This document shows, one piece after another, positions 37,064 to 47,706 of a stretch of 64,000 nucleotides of DNA (the stretch's first letter is position 1; each line of letters starts with the position of its first letter). Origin of the DNA: Candidatus Eiseniibacteriota bacterium (GTDB lineage: Bacteria; Eisenbacteria; RBG-16-71-46); assembly GCA_963776245.1 (NCBI GenBank), contig CAVZLN010000006.1:32001-96000 (forward strand), written 5' to 3'. A model generated the notes under the pieces. It was given only the letters and a program-made list of their open reading frames with translations, made no database searches and was not told the DNA's origin. Position numbers and translations under genes: made by a program.

Positions 37064-38989
37064 ATGAAGATCGCACGGTCGCACCTCGCCCTCGCCCTCG
37101 CCGCGGCACTGCTGGTGGCCGCCGCGCCCGCGCCTGCCCTGGAGCGCTCGGAGGTGGCGGAGAAGTACACCTGGGATCTCCGGGATCTGTACCCGTCGGT
37201 GGAAGCGTGGCAGACCGCCAAGGCGGATCTCGAGAAGCGCATCCCCGAGCTGTCGAAGTACCAGGGCCGGATGGGCGAGTCGCCGGGGGTGTTCTTCGAC
37301 GCCCTCGAGGCCCGCATGGGAGTCCAGAAGGAGCTCGAGCGGCTCAACGTCTACTCGAGCATGTCGAGCGATCAGGACAAGCGCGTCAGCCGGTCGCTCG
37401 AGATGAACCAGCAGGCCCAGCAGATGTTCGTGGACTACGGCGCCGCCATCGCGTACCAGCAGCCCGAGATCCTCAAGCTGGGCAGCGAGAAGGTGCGCGG
37501 CTTCCTCGCGGCGGACCCGCGCCTCGCGGTCTACCGCGTGTTCCTCGAGGACATCCTGCGCTGGGAGCCCCATACGCTGAGTCCGGCCGAGGAGCGCCTG
37601 CTCGCCAAGACCGGCGCGATGGCCGGGGCGGGCGGCGCGCTGCACGACGTGTTCACGAACGCCGACCTGCCCTACCCCAGCGTGACGCTCTCGGACGGCC
37701 AGACCGTGCGCCTCGACGCGCAGGGCTACACCCGGTACCGGGCCTCGACCAACCGCGACGACCGCATGAAGGTGTTCGACGCCTTCTGGACGCGCTACCG
37801 CGAGTTCGAGCAGACGCTGGGCAGCATGCTCTACGCGCAGCTCCAGGCCCACGTGTTCACGAAGGAGACGCGCAATTTCAGCTCGTGCATGGAGTCCGCG
37901 CTGTTCGGCCCGAACGTGCCTCCGGTGGTCTACACCCAGCTCATCCACGACGTGCACGCCAATCTGCCGACCCTTCACCGCTACCTCAAGCTGCGCCAGC
38001 GCATGATGGGGGTGGACACGCTGCGCTACGAGGATCTCTACGCGCCGGTGGTGAAGAAGGTGGATCTGCGCTACACCAAGGAAGAGGCGATGGAGATGAC
38101 GCTCGCGGCCGTCGCCCCGCTCGGACCGACCTACGTCGCCACCCTGAAGAAGGGCTTCGAGAGCCGCTGGGTGGACTGGGAGCCGACCACGGGCAAGCGC
38201 TCGGGGGCGTACAGCACCGGCGCGTACGGGGTGCACCCGTACCAGCTCCAGAACTTCACCGGCCTGTACGACGAGGTGTCGACGGTGGCCCACGAGTCCG
38301 GCCACTCGATCCACACCTACCTGTCGTTCGAGAAGCAGCCGTACGTGAACTCGGGTTACCCGACGTTCGTGGCCGAGGTGGCTTCGACCTGCAACGAGGC
38401 GCTGCTGCTCGACTACATGCTGAAGCGCACCCAGGACCCGGACGTGCGCCTGTTCCTGCTCGGCACCCGGCTCGACGGCCTGCGCACCACGCTGTTCCGC
38501 CAGACGCTGTTCGCCGAGTTCGAGCTCCGGATCCACGAGATGGCGGAGAAGGGCGAGGCGCTCTCGGGCGAGGCGATGAGCAGGCTCTACCTCGACCTGC
38601 TGCGCGAGTACTACGGCGACGCGCAGGCGGTGTGCCGCATCAACCCGCGCTATGCCATCGAGTGGGCCTACATCCCGCACTTCTACTACAACTTCTACGT
38701 CTACTCGTACTCGACCAGCATCGTCGCCTCGTCGTCCATCGCGAACTCGATCCTGGCCGAGGCCGCGGCCAAGAAGCCGTCCACCAAGGCGCGCGACGCG
38801 TACCTCGACATGCTGTCCTCGGGCTCCTCGAAGTATCCGATCGATCTGCTCAAGGGCGCCGGCGTGGACATGACGACCTCGGCGCCGTTCAACTCGGCGA
38901 TCTCCGAGATGAATCGCGTCATGGACGAGATGGAGCAGGTCCTCGCGACGCGTGATGCGCCGGGGAAGAAAGCGGTGAAGAAGAAGTAG
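37064..38989 (+). CDS. pepF: Oligoendopeptidase F (M3B) with signal peptide
   Basis: KYTWDLRDLY, GKRSGAYS, AHESGHSIH, FVAEVAST, EWAYIPHFYYNFYVY. Confidence 0.93.
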   Translation: MKIARSHLALALAAALLVAAAPAPALERSEVAEKYTWDLRDLYPSVEAWQTAKADLEKRIPELSKYQGRMGESPGVFFDALEARMGVQKELERLNVYSSMSSDQDKRVSRSLEMNQQAQQMFVDYGAAIAYQQPEILKLGSEKVRGFLAADPRLAVYRVFLEDILRWEPHTLSPAEERLLAKTGAMAGAGGALHDVFTNADLPYPSVTLSDGQTVRLDAQGYTRYRASTNRDDRMKVFDAFWTRYREFEQTLGSMLYAQLQAHVFTKETRNFSSCMESALFGPNVPPVVYTQLIHDVHANLPTLHRYLKLRQRMMGVDTLRYEDLYAPVVKKVDLRYTKEEAMEMTLAAVAPLGPTYVATLKKGFESRWVDWEPTTGKRSGAYSTGAYGVHPYQLQNFTGLYDEVSTVAHESGHSIHTYLSFEKQPYVNSGYPTFVAEVASTCNEALLLDYMLKRTQDPDVRLFLLGTRLDGLRTTLFRQTLFAEFELRIHEMAEKGEALSGEAMSRLYLDLLREYYGDAQAVCRINPRYAIEWAYIPHFYYNFYVYSYSTSIVASSSIANSILAEAAAKKPSTKARDAYLDMLSSGSSKYPIDLLKGAGVDMTTSAPFNSAISEMNRVMDEMEQVLATRDAPGKKAVKKK

Positions 38990-39012
38990 CGCGGACCCTC
39001 ATCGCGCCCCGC

Positions 39013-39047
39013 TCCGGCCGCGGCACGCCACCCGTGTCGCGGCCGGA
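39013..39047. terminator. GC-rich hairpin between convergent genes (possible terminator)
   Basis: TCCGGCCGCGGCACG-CCACC-CGTGTCGCGGCCGGA: 15-bp stem with one G-T pair; only a weak U-tract. Confidence 0.45.
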
Positions 39048-39111
39048 CGCTTTCCGGCCGCGCGCATGGCGCGATCGGGCGCGGGTCGCCGCGCGGAGCG
39101 GCGGGCACCCT

Positions 39112-39432
39112 TCAGCGTCCGCCGAGATCCAGCACGTCGAGTTCCCAGCGCAGGCCACGCTTGTGGTCGTAGCCCACCACCTGGTGCGGATCGGTGATGA
39201 TCTCCTCCTCGAGGATCAGGACGATCCGGGGCCCGCTCGGGAGCAGCAGGTAGGCCCGCTCCCCGTCGAAGCGCACCTCGGCATTGCGGAAGATGCCGTA
39301 GTCGTTCGTCGACGCGTGGCAGTGCCAGGTGCGCCGGTCGATATCGCGGCCGCGGTAGGTGGCCGCGGGCGCGGGCGTCGCGGGGATCGCGAGCAGGACG
39401 ATCAGGGCAAGGGCGATGGCGGCGCGGGTCAT
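39112..39432 (-). CDS. Small secreted hypothetical protein
   Basis: MTRAAIALALIVLLAIPATPAPAA signal peptide; GGAGG RBS. Confidence 0.65.
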   Translation of the reverse strand: MTRAAIALALIVLLAIPATPAPAATYRGRDIDRRTWHCHASTNDYGIFRNAEVRFDGERAYLLLPSGPRIVLILEEEIITDPHQVVGYDHKRGLRWELDVLDLGGR

Positions 39433-39565
39433 GGGCCTCCAGACCTCCCGGTGGGACGAGGAGCGCGCCCGGTCGACGCCCGACAAGCGTACCAGTCGGC
39501 CGGTCCGGCCCCAAGGCCGCACCGCCCGGCCGGTGCGCCCCGGCGCCGCGGACCGGCCACCGCCC

Positions 39566-40107
39566 CTACCCGGTCGGGCGCAGCGCGCGCACCTGCGCCG
39601 CGCACCCGGGGCACAGGCTGACGCGCTTGAGATCGATCTCCTCGACGTAGGTCGAGGACCGCATCACGCATTCGAACTGCCGGCAGTGGTAGAGCCCGAA
39701 CTGATGACCCAGCTCGTGCACGATCTCCTTCTCGATGCGGCCCTGGAACGCCTCCGCGTCGGGCGGCAGGCCGTAGAACTCGTTCGCCAGCCGGTGGGTG
39801 GACACCACGCCCGCCACGCCGCCGAGCTGCGCCTGGCCGAACACGAACGTGAGCACCGGGATGAAGAGGTCCACGTCCACGACCGCGATCACCTTCTCGG
39901 GCCCGCCGGCGCCGAAGGCGATGACCTGGTGGAGCAACGCGGTGGCGTTGTGCTGGCGGCGACCGGGGTCGAACACGCGGTCGAGATCGAGGGCCCGCGC
40001 GAGCCGCCGCGCGGGCACGCCGAACTCCGCGGTCACGCGCGCGACCACGCCGTCGCGCTCGCCCACCCGCTGGCGCGAGGCGTCCAGGATGCAGACGCCC
40101 CCGGGCA

Positions 40108-40108
<1 letters not shown>
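39566..40108 (-). CDS. Archaemetzincin (M54) Zn-metalloprotease
   Basis: DLFIPVLTFVFGQAQLGG, HELGHQFGLYHC..CVM..S...CPGC; GTG start overlaps the regulator's stop. Confidence 0.88.
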
Positions 40109-41443
<1,335 letters not shown>

Positions 41444-41451
<8 letters not shown>

Positions 41452-43093
41452 GTGCGCCTCGTGTTCCGGAGGAAGGACCGCTCCCCGGGCTGGCCGGCCG
41501 CGCGTCGGCGCGGTCGGGCGGGGGGAAGACCAGGGTGAACGTCGTCCCCCGGCCGGGCTCGGACACCACGTCGATGGTGGCGCTGTGGCGCTGGGCGATG
41601 CCGTAGACGACCGACAGGCCCAGCCCCACACCCTGGCCCTGGGGCTTGGTGGTGAAGAACGGCTCGAACACGTGGGGGAGATCCTCGGCCGCGATGCCCA
41701 CGCCGCTGTCGTGGACCTCCAGGCGCACCGCGCCGGAGGCCTCCCGGCTGGCCGCGACGCGCACCCGGCCCCCGTCGGGCATGGCGTCGGCCGCGTTGAC
41801 CAGCAGCGCCACCAACGCCTGCTGGAGCTGGCCCTCGTCGCCGAGGACGCTCACGTCGGGCGGCTCGCACGCGGTCTCGACCTCGACGCGCGCCATCTGG
41901 AGGTGGTGCGCCACCAGCATCACCGCGCGCTCGATCGCCTCGCGCACGCCGGCGCGGTGGAACTCGCCGTCCTGCTTGCGTGAGAACAGCAGCAGGTTCC
42001 GCACGATGTTCCCGCAGCGCTCGGTCTCGCGCACGATCATGTCGAGGTCGGCGAGCAGCGTGCGCGAGAACGCGGCGTCGGGCAGTTCGCGGCGCACGCG
42101 CTTCGCCTGGAGCTTGGCGTACGTCAGGATCCCGGAGAGCGGGTTGTTGAGCTCGTGGGCGACCGAGGCCGCGAGCGTGCCGAGCGAGGCCATCTTCTCG
42201 ACCTGGAGGATCTGCCGGTCCATGCGCTGCAGCTCCTCGGTCTTCGCGCGCACGCGGTCCTCGAGCGTGTGCGACCAGCGCCGGTTCTCCTCCTGCGCCT
42301 CGCGCAGGGAGCGCGTCATGGTGTTGAACGAGGTGGCGAGCAGCCCGAGGTCGTCGTCGCTCCCGACCCGGATCACGTGGTCGAGGTCCCCGCGGGCGAG
42401 CGCCTCGGTGCCGGCGGTGAGCGCCCGGATCGGCCGGCGCACGGTGAAGCGCAGGAAGAACGCCGAGGCCACCGCCACCGCCAGGAACCCCGCCACCGCC
42501 CAGGCCGCCGTGCGGCGCTGCGCGGTCGCGATCGCCTCGTCCACGGTCTTCAGCGACATCTGGACGTCGAACACCCCGAGCACCGTCCGCTGGGCGGGCG
42601 CCAGGTGGCAGCCGCCCGAGGAGCACGCGGGCTGATTGCGCACCGGGTGGATGACGCCGACCACGCGGTGCCCGTCGTGATCCCGGTAGACGCGCGCGCG
42701 GTTCGCCGACGGCAGCCGCTCGAGCGGGCGGGCGCTGTCGTGACAGGCCACGCACGCCTCGGCGTGCAGGTCCACCATGCGCCCCTGCTCGGTGGAATCG
42801 GTCGAGAAGGTGATCTGCCCGCGCTTGTTGTAGATCCGGATGCTCATCACGCCGGGCTGCGTCCCGAGCGTGCGCGCCATCTGGTAGACGTCCTGCTTCC
42901 GGTTCAGCAGCATGCTGTACTGCGTGCTGGCGGCGATGAAGTCGCTGATCCGGCTGGCGCTGGCGATGGCCTGGGAGGTCAGTTCGACCGTGTAGAAGTG
43001 GATCGCGAAGGTCGCGAACAGGCCGAACGCGAGCAGCAGCAGGAAGAGCGTGCCCGCGAGGACTCGGAAACTGACGGTGCGCAGGACGCGCAT
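41444..43093 (-). CDS. Membrane sensor histidine kinase with heme-c-type periplasmic domain and HAMP
   Basis: Two TMs; CVACH and CSSGGCH in the periplasmic part; AHELNNPL, FEPFFTTK, GVGLGL. Confidence 0.93.
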
Positions 43094-43180
43094 GGCAGGA
43101 CCCCACAGTACCCATGGGGGATCGGTGATGACATTCTCACCACTCCCCGCGCGGCGCAAACACGCGCCCGCCCGGGGTCC

Positions 43181-43942
43181 TCAGCCGTACACCCGGCACA
43201 GCAGGTCGAAGTAGCGCGTGGCGCCCAGCATCTGCGCCACGCTGTCGAGCGGCGCCCCGCCGTCGGCGAGCGCCGCGCCCACCCCCGCGCCGGGCTCGCC
43301 CAGCGCCCGGGCGATCCCGGCCTGGAAACGGCGGTGATCGGCGGTGTAGCCCGGCTCCGCGGCCGGCGCCTCGAGCAGGGCCGCCAGCCGGAGCGCATCG
43401 CCGGTCACCTCGACCTCGTACAGCCAGCCCTCCTCGAGCGGCGCGCTCGCCACCGTCGAAGGGCGCTCCGCGAGCCGGGGATTGACCGCGCGCACGGTGC
43501 CCTCGACGGGCGCCGGGAGCGCGAAGGTGCCGCCGTCGGTCACGATCCAGAGGTGCGCCTGACCGCGCCGCACGGTCTCGCCCACCGCCGGCGGCACCAC
43601 CGCCCGCGGCACCAGCAGGGCCACCGCCAGCCCCGGCTCGATCCCCACGCGATGAAGGGTGGCCGCGTCCCCCGCCGCCCGTTCGCGCCGCACCCAGCAG
43701 TGGCCCCGGCTGTAGCCGCGGTCCCCCGCCAGTTCGGTCCGTCCCCGCGCCGGCGCGGCGCTCGTCCCGGCCGCCTCGCCGCGCGCGAAGTGCATGCGCA
43801 TCGCGGTGTCGAGCGGGCAGCGCTCGCATTCGAAGCGGCGCTCGCAGAGCTGGTAGGACAGGATGCCCGCGGTCATCCACACGCACTTGAAGTCGCCCGG
43901 TGGGACGATCCGGCAGGCGGGGTCCGGCCGCGTGTCCGGCAT
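43181..43942 (-). CDS. GcvH-like protein with N-terminal Cys-rich domain, no lipoyl-Lys
   Basis: CVWMTAGILSYQLCERRFECERCPLD; YSRGHCWV, APVEGTVRAVN, PLEEGWLY; C-terminal LADGG. Confidence 0.8.
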   Translation of the reverse strand: MPDTRPDPACRIVPPGDFKCVWMTAGILSYQLCERRFECERCPLDTAMRMHFARGEAAGTSAAPARGRTELAGDRGYSRGHCWVRRERAAGDAATLHRVGIEPGLAVALLVPRAVVPPAVGETVRRGQAHLWIVTDGGTFALPAPVEGTVRAVNPRLAERPSTVASAPLEEGWLYEVEVTGDALRLAALLEAPAAEPGYTADHRRFQAGIARALGEPGAGVGAALADGGAPLDSVAQMLGATRYFDLLCRVYG

Positions 43943-43959
43943 GGCTGCCTCCCTCCGCC

Positions 43960-45153
43960 TCAACTGCCCTGCGAGGCGAGCTGGAGCTCCCGGGCGATGT
44001 GGCGCCGCGCGGCCTCGCCGGCGGCGACCTCCGGGGACTCCCCATGATGCGCGAACACCGGCAGATGCCGGGCCGCGAGCGCGAATGCCACGAAGCCGAA
44101 CGCGACGATGCTGAGCGTCAGCGAGATCTCCGCCAGCGATGGGAAGTAGGTCTTCCCGGCGTAGGCCTCGAGGCTCGTGATGCTGACGTTCATCCGATTG
44201 AGCACCACCCCGAGGATCACCAGGAAGGCGCTCGCGAACAGACCGTTCGGATGCTCGCGGATGCGGCGCTGCGCCAGCAGCAGGATCGGCGCCACCAGCC
44301 CGACCGACACCTCGGCCCACCAGAACCACGTCTCGCCGCGGGGCGCGAACAGCAGCCCCCACTGGTTCCGGTACGCGAGATCGAGGACCTTCATGGTGGC
44401 GAGCACCGCGAGCACCACGAGGCAGATCCGCCCCAGCTCGGTGAGCAGGTTCATCTCGAGCCCGCGCCCGAACGCGCGCGACGAGAGGAACGACTCGAAG
44501 ATGGTCATCGCCAGCCCCACCGCGATCGCCGAGACGAAGAAGAACACCGGCAGGTAGGGCGAGTACCACAGCGGGTAGACCTTCTCCGGCATGATCAGGT
44601 ACATCGAGCCGAGCGACGACTGGTGCAGCGTCGAGAGCAGCACGCCGAGGATGATGATCGGCACCATCACGTTGCGCAGCACCTTGAGCGCCCCCACCCA
44701 GCGGAAGCGCTCGAGCACCATCGGGGCGAACTCCAGGGCCAGCACCGTGGTGTAGAGCATCACGCACCAGGCGATCTCGAACATGACCGAGTTCGGGTTC
44801 CACATCACGAGCGCGTGCCAGATGTTCCACGGCCGCCCCAGGTCCACCATGAGCGCCCCGACCACCAGCAGGTAGCCGAGGAACGCGGTGAGGATCGCCG
44901 GACGCACGATGGGCTCGAACCGCTTGATGTGGAGGATGTGCGTGAGCGCCGCGAGCGTGAACCCGCCCGCCGCCAGCGCCACGCCGCACAGGACGTCGAA
45001 GCCGATCCACATCCCCCACGGGAACTCGTCGCTCAGGTTGGTGACCGCCCCGAGCCCCTTCCAGTAGCGCAACACCGCGCTCACCACGCCGGCGGCGAGC
45101 AGGACGGTGGCCACCGCACCCCAGAACGTGATCTTCGGCAGCCGCATGGTCAT
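43960..45153 (-). CDS. NrfD/HybB/HmcC-family quinone-interacting membrane subunit
   Basis: GLGAVTNLSDEFPWG, GVALAAGG, DLGRPW, SVMFEIAWC, STLHQSSLG; about 10 TMs. Confidence 0.9.
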   Translation of the reverse strand: MTMRLPKITFWGAVATVLLAAGVVSAVLRYWKGLGAVTNLSDEFPWGMWIGFDVLCGVALAAGGFTLAALTHILHIKRFEPIVRPAILTAFLGYLLVVGALMVDLGRPWNIWHALVMWNPNSVMFEIAWCVMLYTTVLALEFAPMVLERFRWVGALKVLRNVMVPIIILGVLLSTLHQSSLGSMYLIMPEKVYPLWYSPYLPVFFFVSAIAVGLAMTIFESFLSSRAFGRGLEMNLLTELGRICLVVLAVLATMKVLDLAYRNQWGLLFAPRGETWFWWAEVSVGLVAPILLLAQRRIREHPNGLFASAFLVILGVVLNRMNVSITSLEAYAGKTYFPSLAEISLTLSIVAFGFVAFALAARHLPVFAHHGESPEVAAGEAARRHIARELQLASQGS

Positions 45154-45947
45154 GCCCCCTTCCCGGTGTCGGTGGTGTGCGCGTTTGCCTGGGTGCGCGA
45201 ATCGGCGTCGGCGAGCGCCTGCTCGAGGCGCGCGACCTCGCCGCGGCGGTTGGTGATCCACCAGATGCCGTACAGGAAGACCCCGCCCAGCGAGACCACG
45301 CCGGGCAGCGTGGAGAGCACGTTCTCGGTGAGCTCGGGCAGCGGCTCGTGGGTGAGCTGGGTCTGGAATCCCAGCTTCTCGAAGGCGACCGGGCTCAGAT
45401 AGAGGATGGAGGTCCCGCCCACCTCCTCGACGCCGTACACCTTGTCCACGTATCCGCCGGGGTTGGCCGCGATGCGCTCATGCGCCTCCTGGATCAGGGC
45501 GTCGCGGTCGCCGAACTTGGTGGCTCCGGTCGGGCACGCCTCGGCGCACGCGGGGGGCTTGCCCTGCGCGACGCGCTCGGGGCAGAAGCGGCACTTCTGC
45601 ACCTTGGGGTAGTTGCTCGCCCACTCGTAGCGCGGCACCTGGAACGGACAGGCCTGGATGCAGTAGCGGCAGCCGAGGCACTTGTCCGCGTCGTACACCA
45701 CCGGCCCCGCGGGGAGCTTCTCGAACGCCCCCACCGGACACACCGAGACGCAGGTCGGGTGGACGCAGTGCTGGCACATCCGGCGGACGTACGTGCCGTC
45801 GATCTCCTGGATCGCGGTGTACGCGGTCGGCGACAGCCGGGCTTCCGGGGTCTCCGGCAGGTGGTTCTCCGTCTTGCAGGCGGCCTGGCACGCGCCGCAT
45901 CCGGCGCACAGCGTGATGTCGATCAGCATCGCTTTCGGTTTGCTCAT
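45150..45947 (-). CDS. 4x[4Fe-4S] HybA/NrfC/HmcB-like protein with C-terminal TM anchor
   Basis: CAGCGACQAAC, CQHCVHPTCVSVCP, CLGCRYCIQACPF, KCRFC..PACAEACP; EVGGTSILY; C-terminal TM; no twin-Arg leader. Confidence 0.92.
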   Translation of the reverse strand: MSKPKAMLIDITLCAGCGACQAACKTENHLPETPEARLSPTAYTAIQEIDGTYVRRMCQHCVHPTCVSVCPVGAFEKLPAGPVVYDADKCLGCRYCIQACPFQVPRYEWASNYPKVQKCRFCPERVAQGKPPACAEACPTGATKFGDRDALIQEAHERIAANPGGYVDKVYGVEEVGGTSILYLSPVAFEKLGFQTQLTHEPLPELTENVLSTLPGVVSLGGVFLYGIWWITNRRGEVARLEQALADADSRTQANAHTTDTGKGA

Positions 45948-45961
45948 GGCGGCCTCCCCCC

Positions 45962-46609
45962 TCACCGCACTTCGAGGAATTCGTGGTCGAAGCGCTCCCA
46001 CACGTCGGCACCGACGTGCTTCATGGCGCCCGCGATGGGCGGGCCGCCGTCCTGCAGCATCGCCGGCTCCACCGCGCCGCCCGCGCCCGCGAACACGTCG
46101 CGCAGGCGCCCGAACTCCTCGTCCATCCAGCCGCGCGTCTCGTCGCCGAGCAGCAGCGACTTGAGGTCGGCGTTGCGATCGGGACGGACGTCACAGACCC
46201 AGCCCTCGCAGAACGGCGCGCGCTGGAGCAGCCCGGGCCGGGCGAGCAGCGCGTCGTTGAAGGCCAGCACGTGGCCGTCGATCGGCGCCCGCACGGTGAG
46301 CGCGTGCCCGCCCTGCTCGAGACTCAGCAGCGGGGCGCCGCGCTTCACGTGCGCGCCCGGCTCGGCCAGGAACCTCACCGTGGGCGAGTCGAGCAGGCGG
46401 ACCACGAAGTCGTCCACCCCGAGCCACGCGTGGCCGGACGGGAACAGGTTGAGCCAGGTGTGCGAGCGGGCGAAGAACACCCCGCTCGGGACGCGGACGC
46501 TGGCGGGCGACACCGCCGCCGGCACCAGCGCCGGGACGCGATTGCGGTGCAGCAGCCAATCCACCGCCAGCGCGAGGACGATCGTGAGCACCACGAAGAG
46601 CACGGTCAT
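45962..46609 (-). CDS. Membrane-anchored GcvH-like protein, no lipoyl-Lys
   Basis: N-terminal TM; SHTWL, GVDDF, APIDGHVLAFN, PFCEGW; C-terminal MLQDGG. Confidence 0.82.
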   Translation of the reverse strand: MTVLFVVLTIVLALAVDWLLHRNRVPALVPAAVSPASVRVPSGVFFARSHTWLNLFPSGHAWLGVDDFVVRLLDSPTVRFLAEPGAHVKRGAPLLSLEQGGHALTVRAPIDGHVLAFNDALLARPGLLQRAPFCEGWVCDVRPDRNADLKSLLLGDETRGWMDEEFGRLRDVFAGAGGAVEPAMLQDGGPPIAGAMKHVGADVWERFDHEFLEVR

Positions 46610-46613
46610 GGCT

Positions 46614-47297
46614 TCACTCCTTACGGAGATCCGGGGATCCTGCGTTCACGGCGAGCGACACGGGATAGAACGCGTCCACGAGCCTCCGCCAGTCATCGTC
46701 ATCCAATCGGTCGCTGAGGTCCGGGACCGCCAGCCCACCGTCGGCCATCGCCGGCCCGGCGAGCGGCGCGAACCACCGCGCCAGCTCCATCTGCTGCGTG
46801 TCCTGCCAGCGCTCGGCCGCGACGCCGTGCAGGAGGTTGTGCACCTCGTGCTCGGCCTCCGCGGGCTCGATGCGGGCGATCCAGCCGTGTTCGAACGGCG
46901 AGTCGCTCACCAGCCCGGGATCGCGATCGAGCGCGCGGTTGGTCTCGAGCACCACGCCCGACATCGGCGCGGTCACCGGCAGCGTGCGGCGCCCGTGATG
47001 CAGCGCCGCGTACGGCTCGCCCTGGCGGATGCGCGCGCCCGGCTGGGGCCGGTCGATGCGCTCGACCCGGCCGAGCAGCCGGACCGGCAGGTCCGTCACC
47101 CCGATGCGCGCCTCGCGCGTGCCCCGGGTCACCACCCAGGCGTGACCCGGATGGAGCCAGCGCGCGCGCGGCGCTCGGGGATGCTGTCCCCGGGTGGCCG
47201 CGAGCGTCGCGGGCACCTCGGCGGTCGGCGTCGGGAACACCAGCGCCTCGATGACGAAGAACGTCGCCACCGTGAGAAGCACCAGGATGATCACCAT
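46614..47297 (-). CDS. Membrane-anchored GcvH-like protein, no lipoyl-Lys
   Basis: N-terminal TM MVIILVLLTVATFFVIEALV; HPGHAWV, IGVTD, APMSGVVLETN, SPFEHGW; C-terminal MADGG. Confidence 0.82.
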   Translation of the reverse strand: MVIILVLLTVATFFVIEALVFPTPTAEVPATLAATRGQHPRAPRARWLHPGHAWVVTRGTREARIGVTDLPVRLLGRVERIDRPQPGARIRQGEPYAALHHGRRTLPVTAPMSGVVLETNRALDRDPGLVSDSPFEHGWIARIEPAEAEHEVHNLLHGVAAERWQDTQQMELARWFAPLAGPAMADGGLAVPDLSDRLDDDDWRRLVDAFYPVSLAVNAGSPDLRKE

Positions 47298-47346
47298 CGC
47301 CCACCTCCCCGACAGGGGACTGAACCCTCGACCCACGACGTTCCAT

Positions 47347-47379
47347 ATGGAAGGGCCGTGCCACGCCTCGCGTGGCACG
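47347..47379 (-). promoter_or_regulatory. Putative sigma54 (-24/-12) promoter of the GcvH-like operon
   Basis: Minus strand TGGCACGGCCCTTCCA (perfect -24; -12 is TTCC instead of TTGC) about 50 nt before ATG 47297; lies within the inverted repeat CGTGCCACGC-ctc-GCGTGGCACG. Confidence 0.5.
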
Positions 47380-47523
47380 CTGAACGCCGTGCGCGCGCAC
47401 GCGTTGAGTGACCGCGCGGGTGCCGGGTGCGCCGGCCCGGGACTGTGGGGTAGCGCTACACCCGGTCGCGAGCGGATCGCGCCGCGCTCGGCAACTCCCG
47501 CCCCGCGCGTCGGTTGGATGCGG

Positions 47524-47562
47524 TGTCGGATTTCCCGGCAGCGAGTGTCGAACTTCTCCACA
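47524..47562. promoter_or_regulatory. Tandem candidate enhancer (UAS) sites for the sigma54 activator
   Basis: TGTCGgatttccCGGCA (47524) and TGTCGaacttctCCACA (47546): 17-bp imperfect palindromes 22 bp apart, about 160-200 bp upstream of the -24 element. Confidence 0.55.
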
Positions 47563-47706
47563 GAAACGACGGGCCGGGTGTCGCGAAGGCGGTCGGGAGC
47601 GCGCGCGGGCGAAGCGCACGCGGGCGACGGCACCGATTTGTCGGACGCGGCGCGAGCGCATAGATTGGAGTTCGCAGGGATCCCCAGGATCGTGTCGGAG
47701 GCTCGC

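Noticed and set aside
43960..45947. Hydrogenase-2 (hybAB) or alternative complex III operon
   Set aside because: No NiFe large or small subunit, maturation genes, ActA/ActB or multiheme cytochrome in the operon.
43181..47297. Glycine cleavage system or sHdr/LbpA sulfur-oxidation lipoate proteins
   Set aside because: No lipoyl-Lys in any copy, and no gcvP/T/L, lipoate ligase or hdr-like genes nearby.
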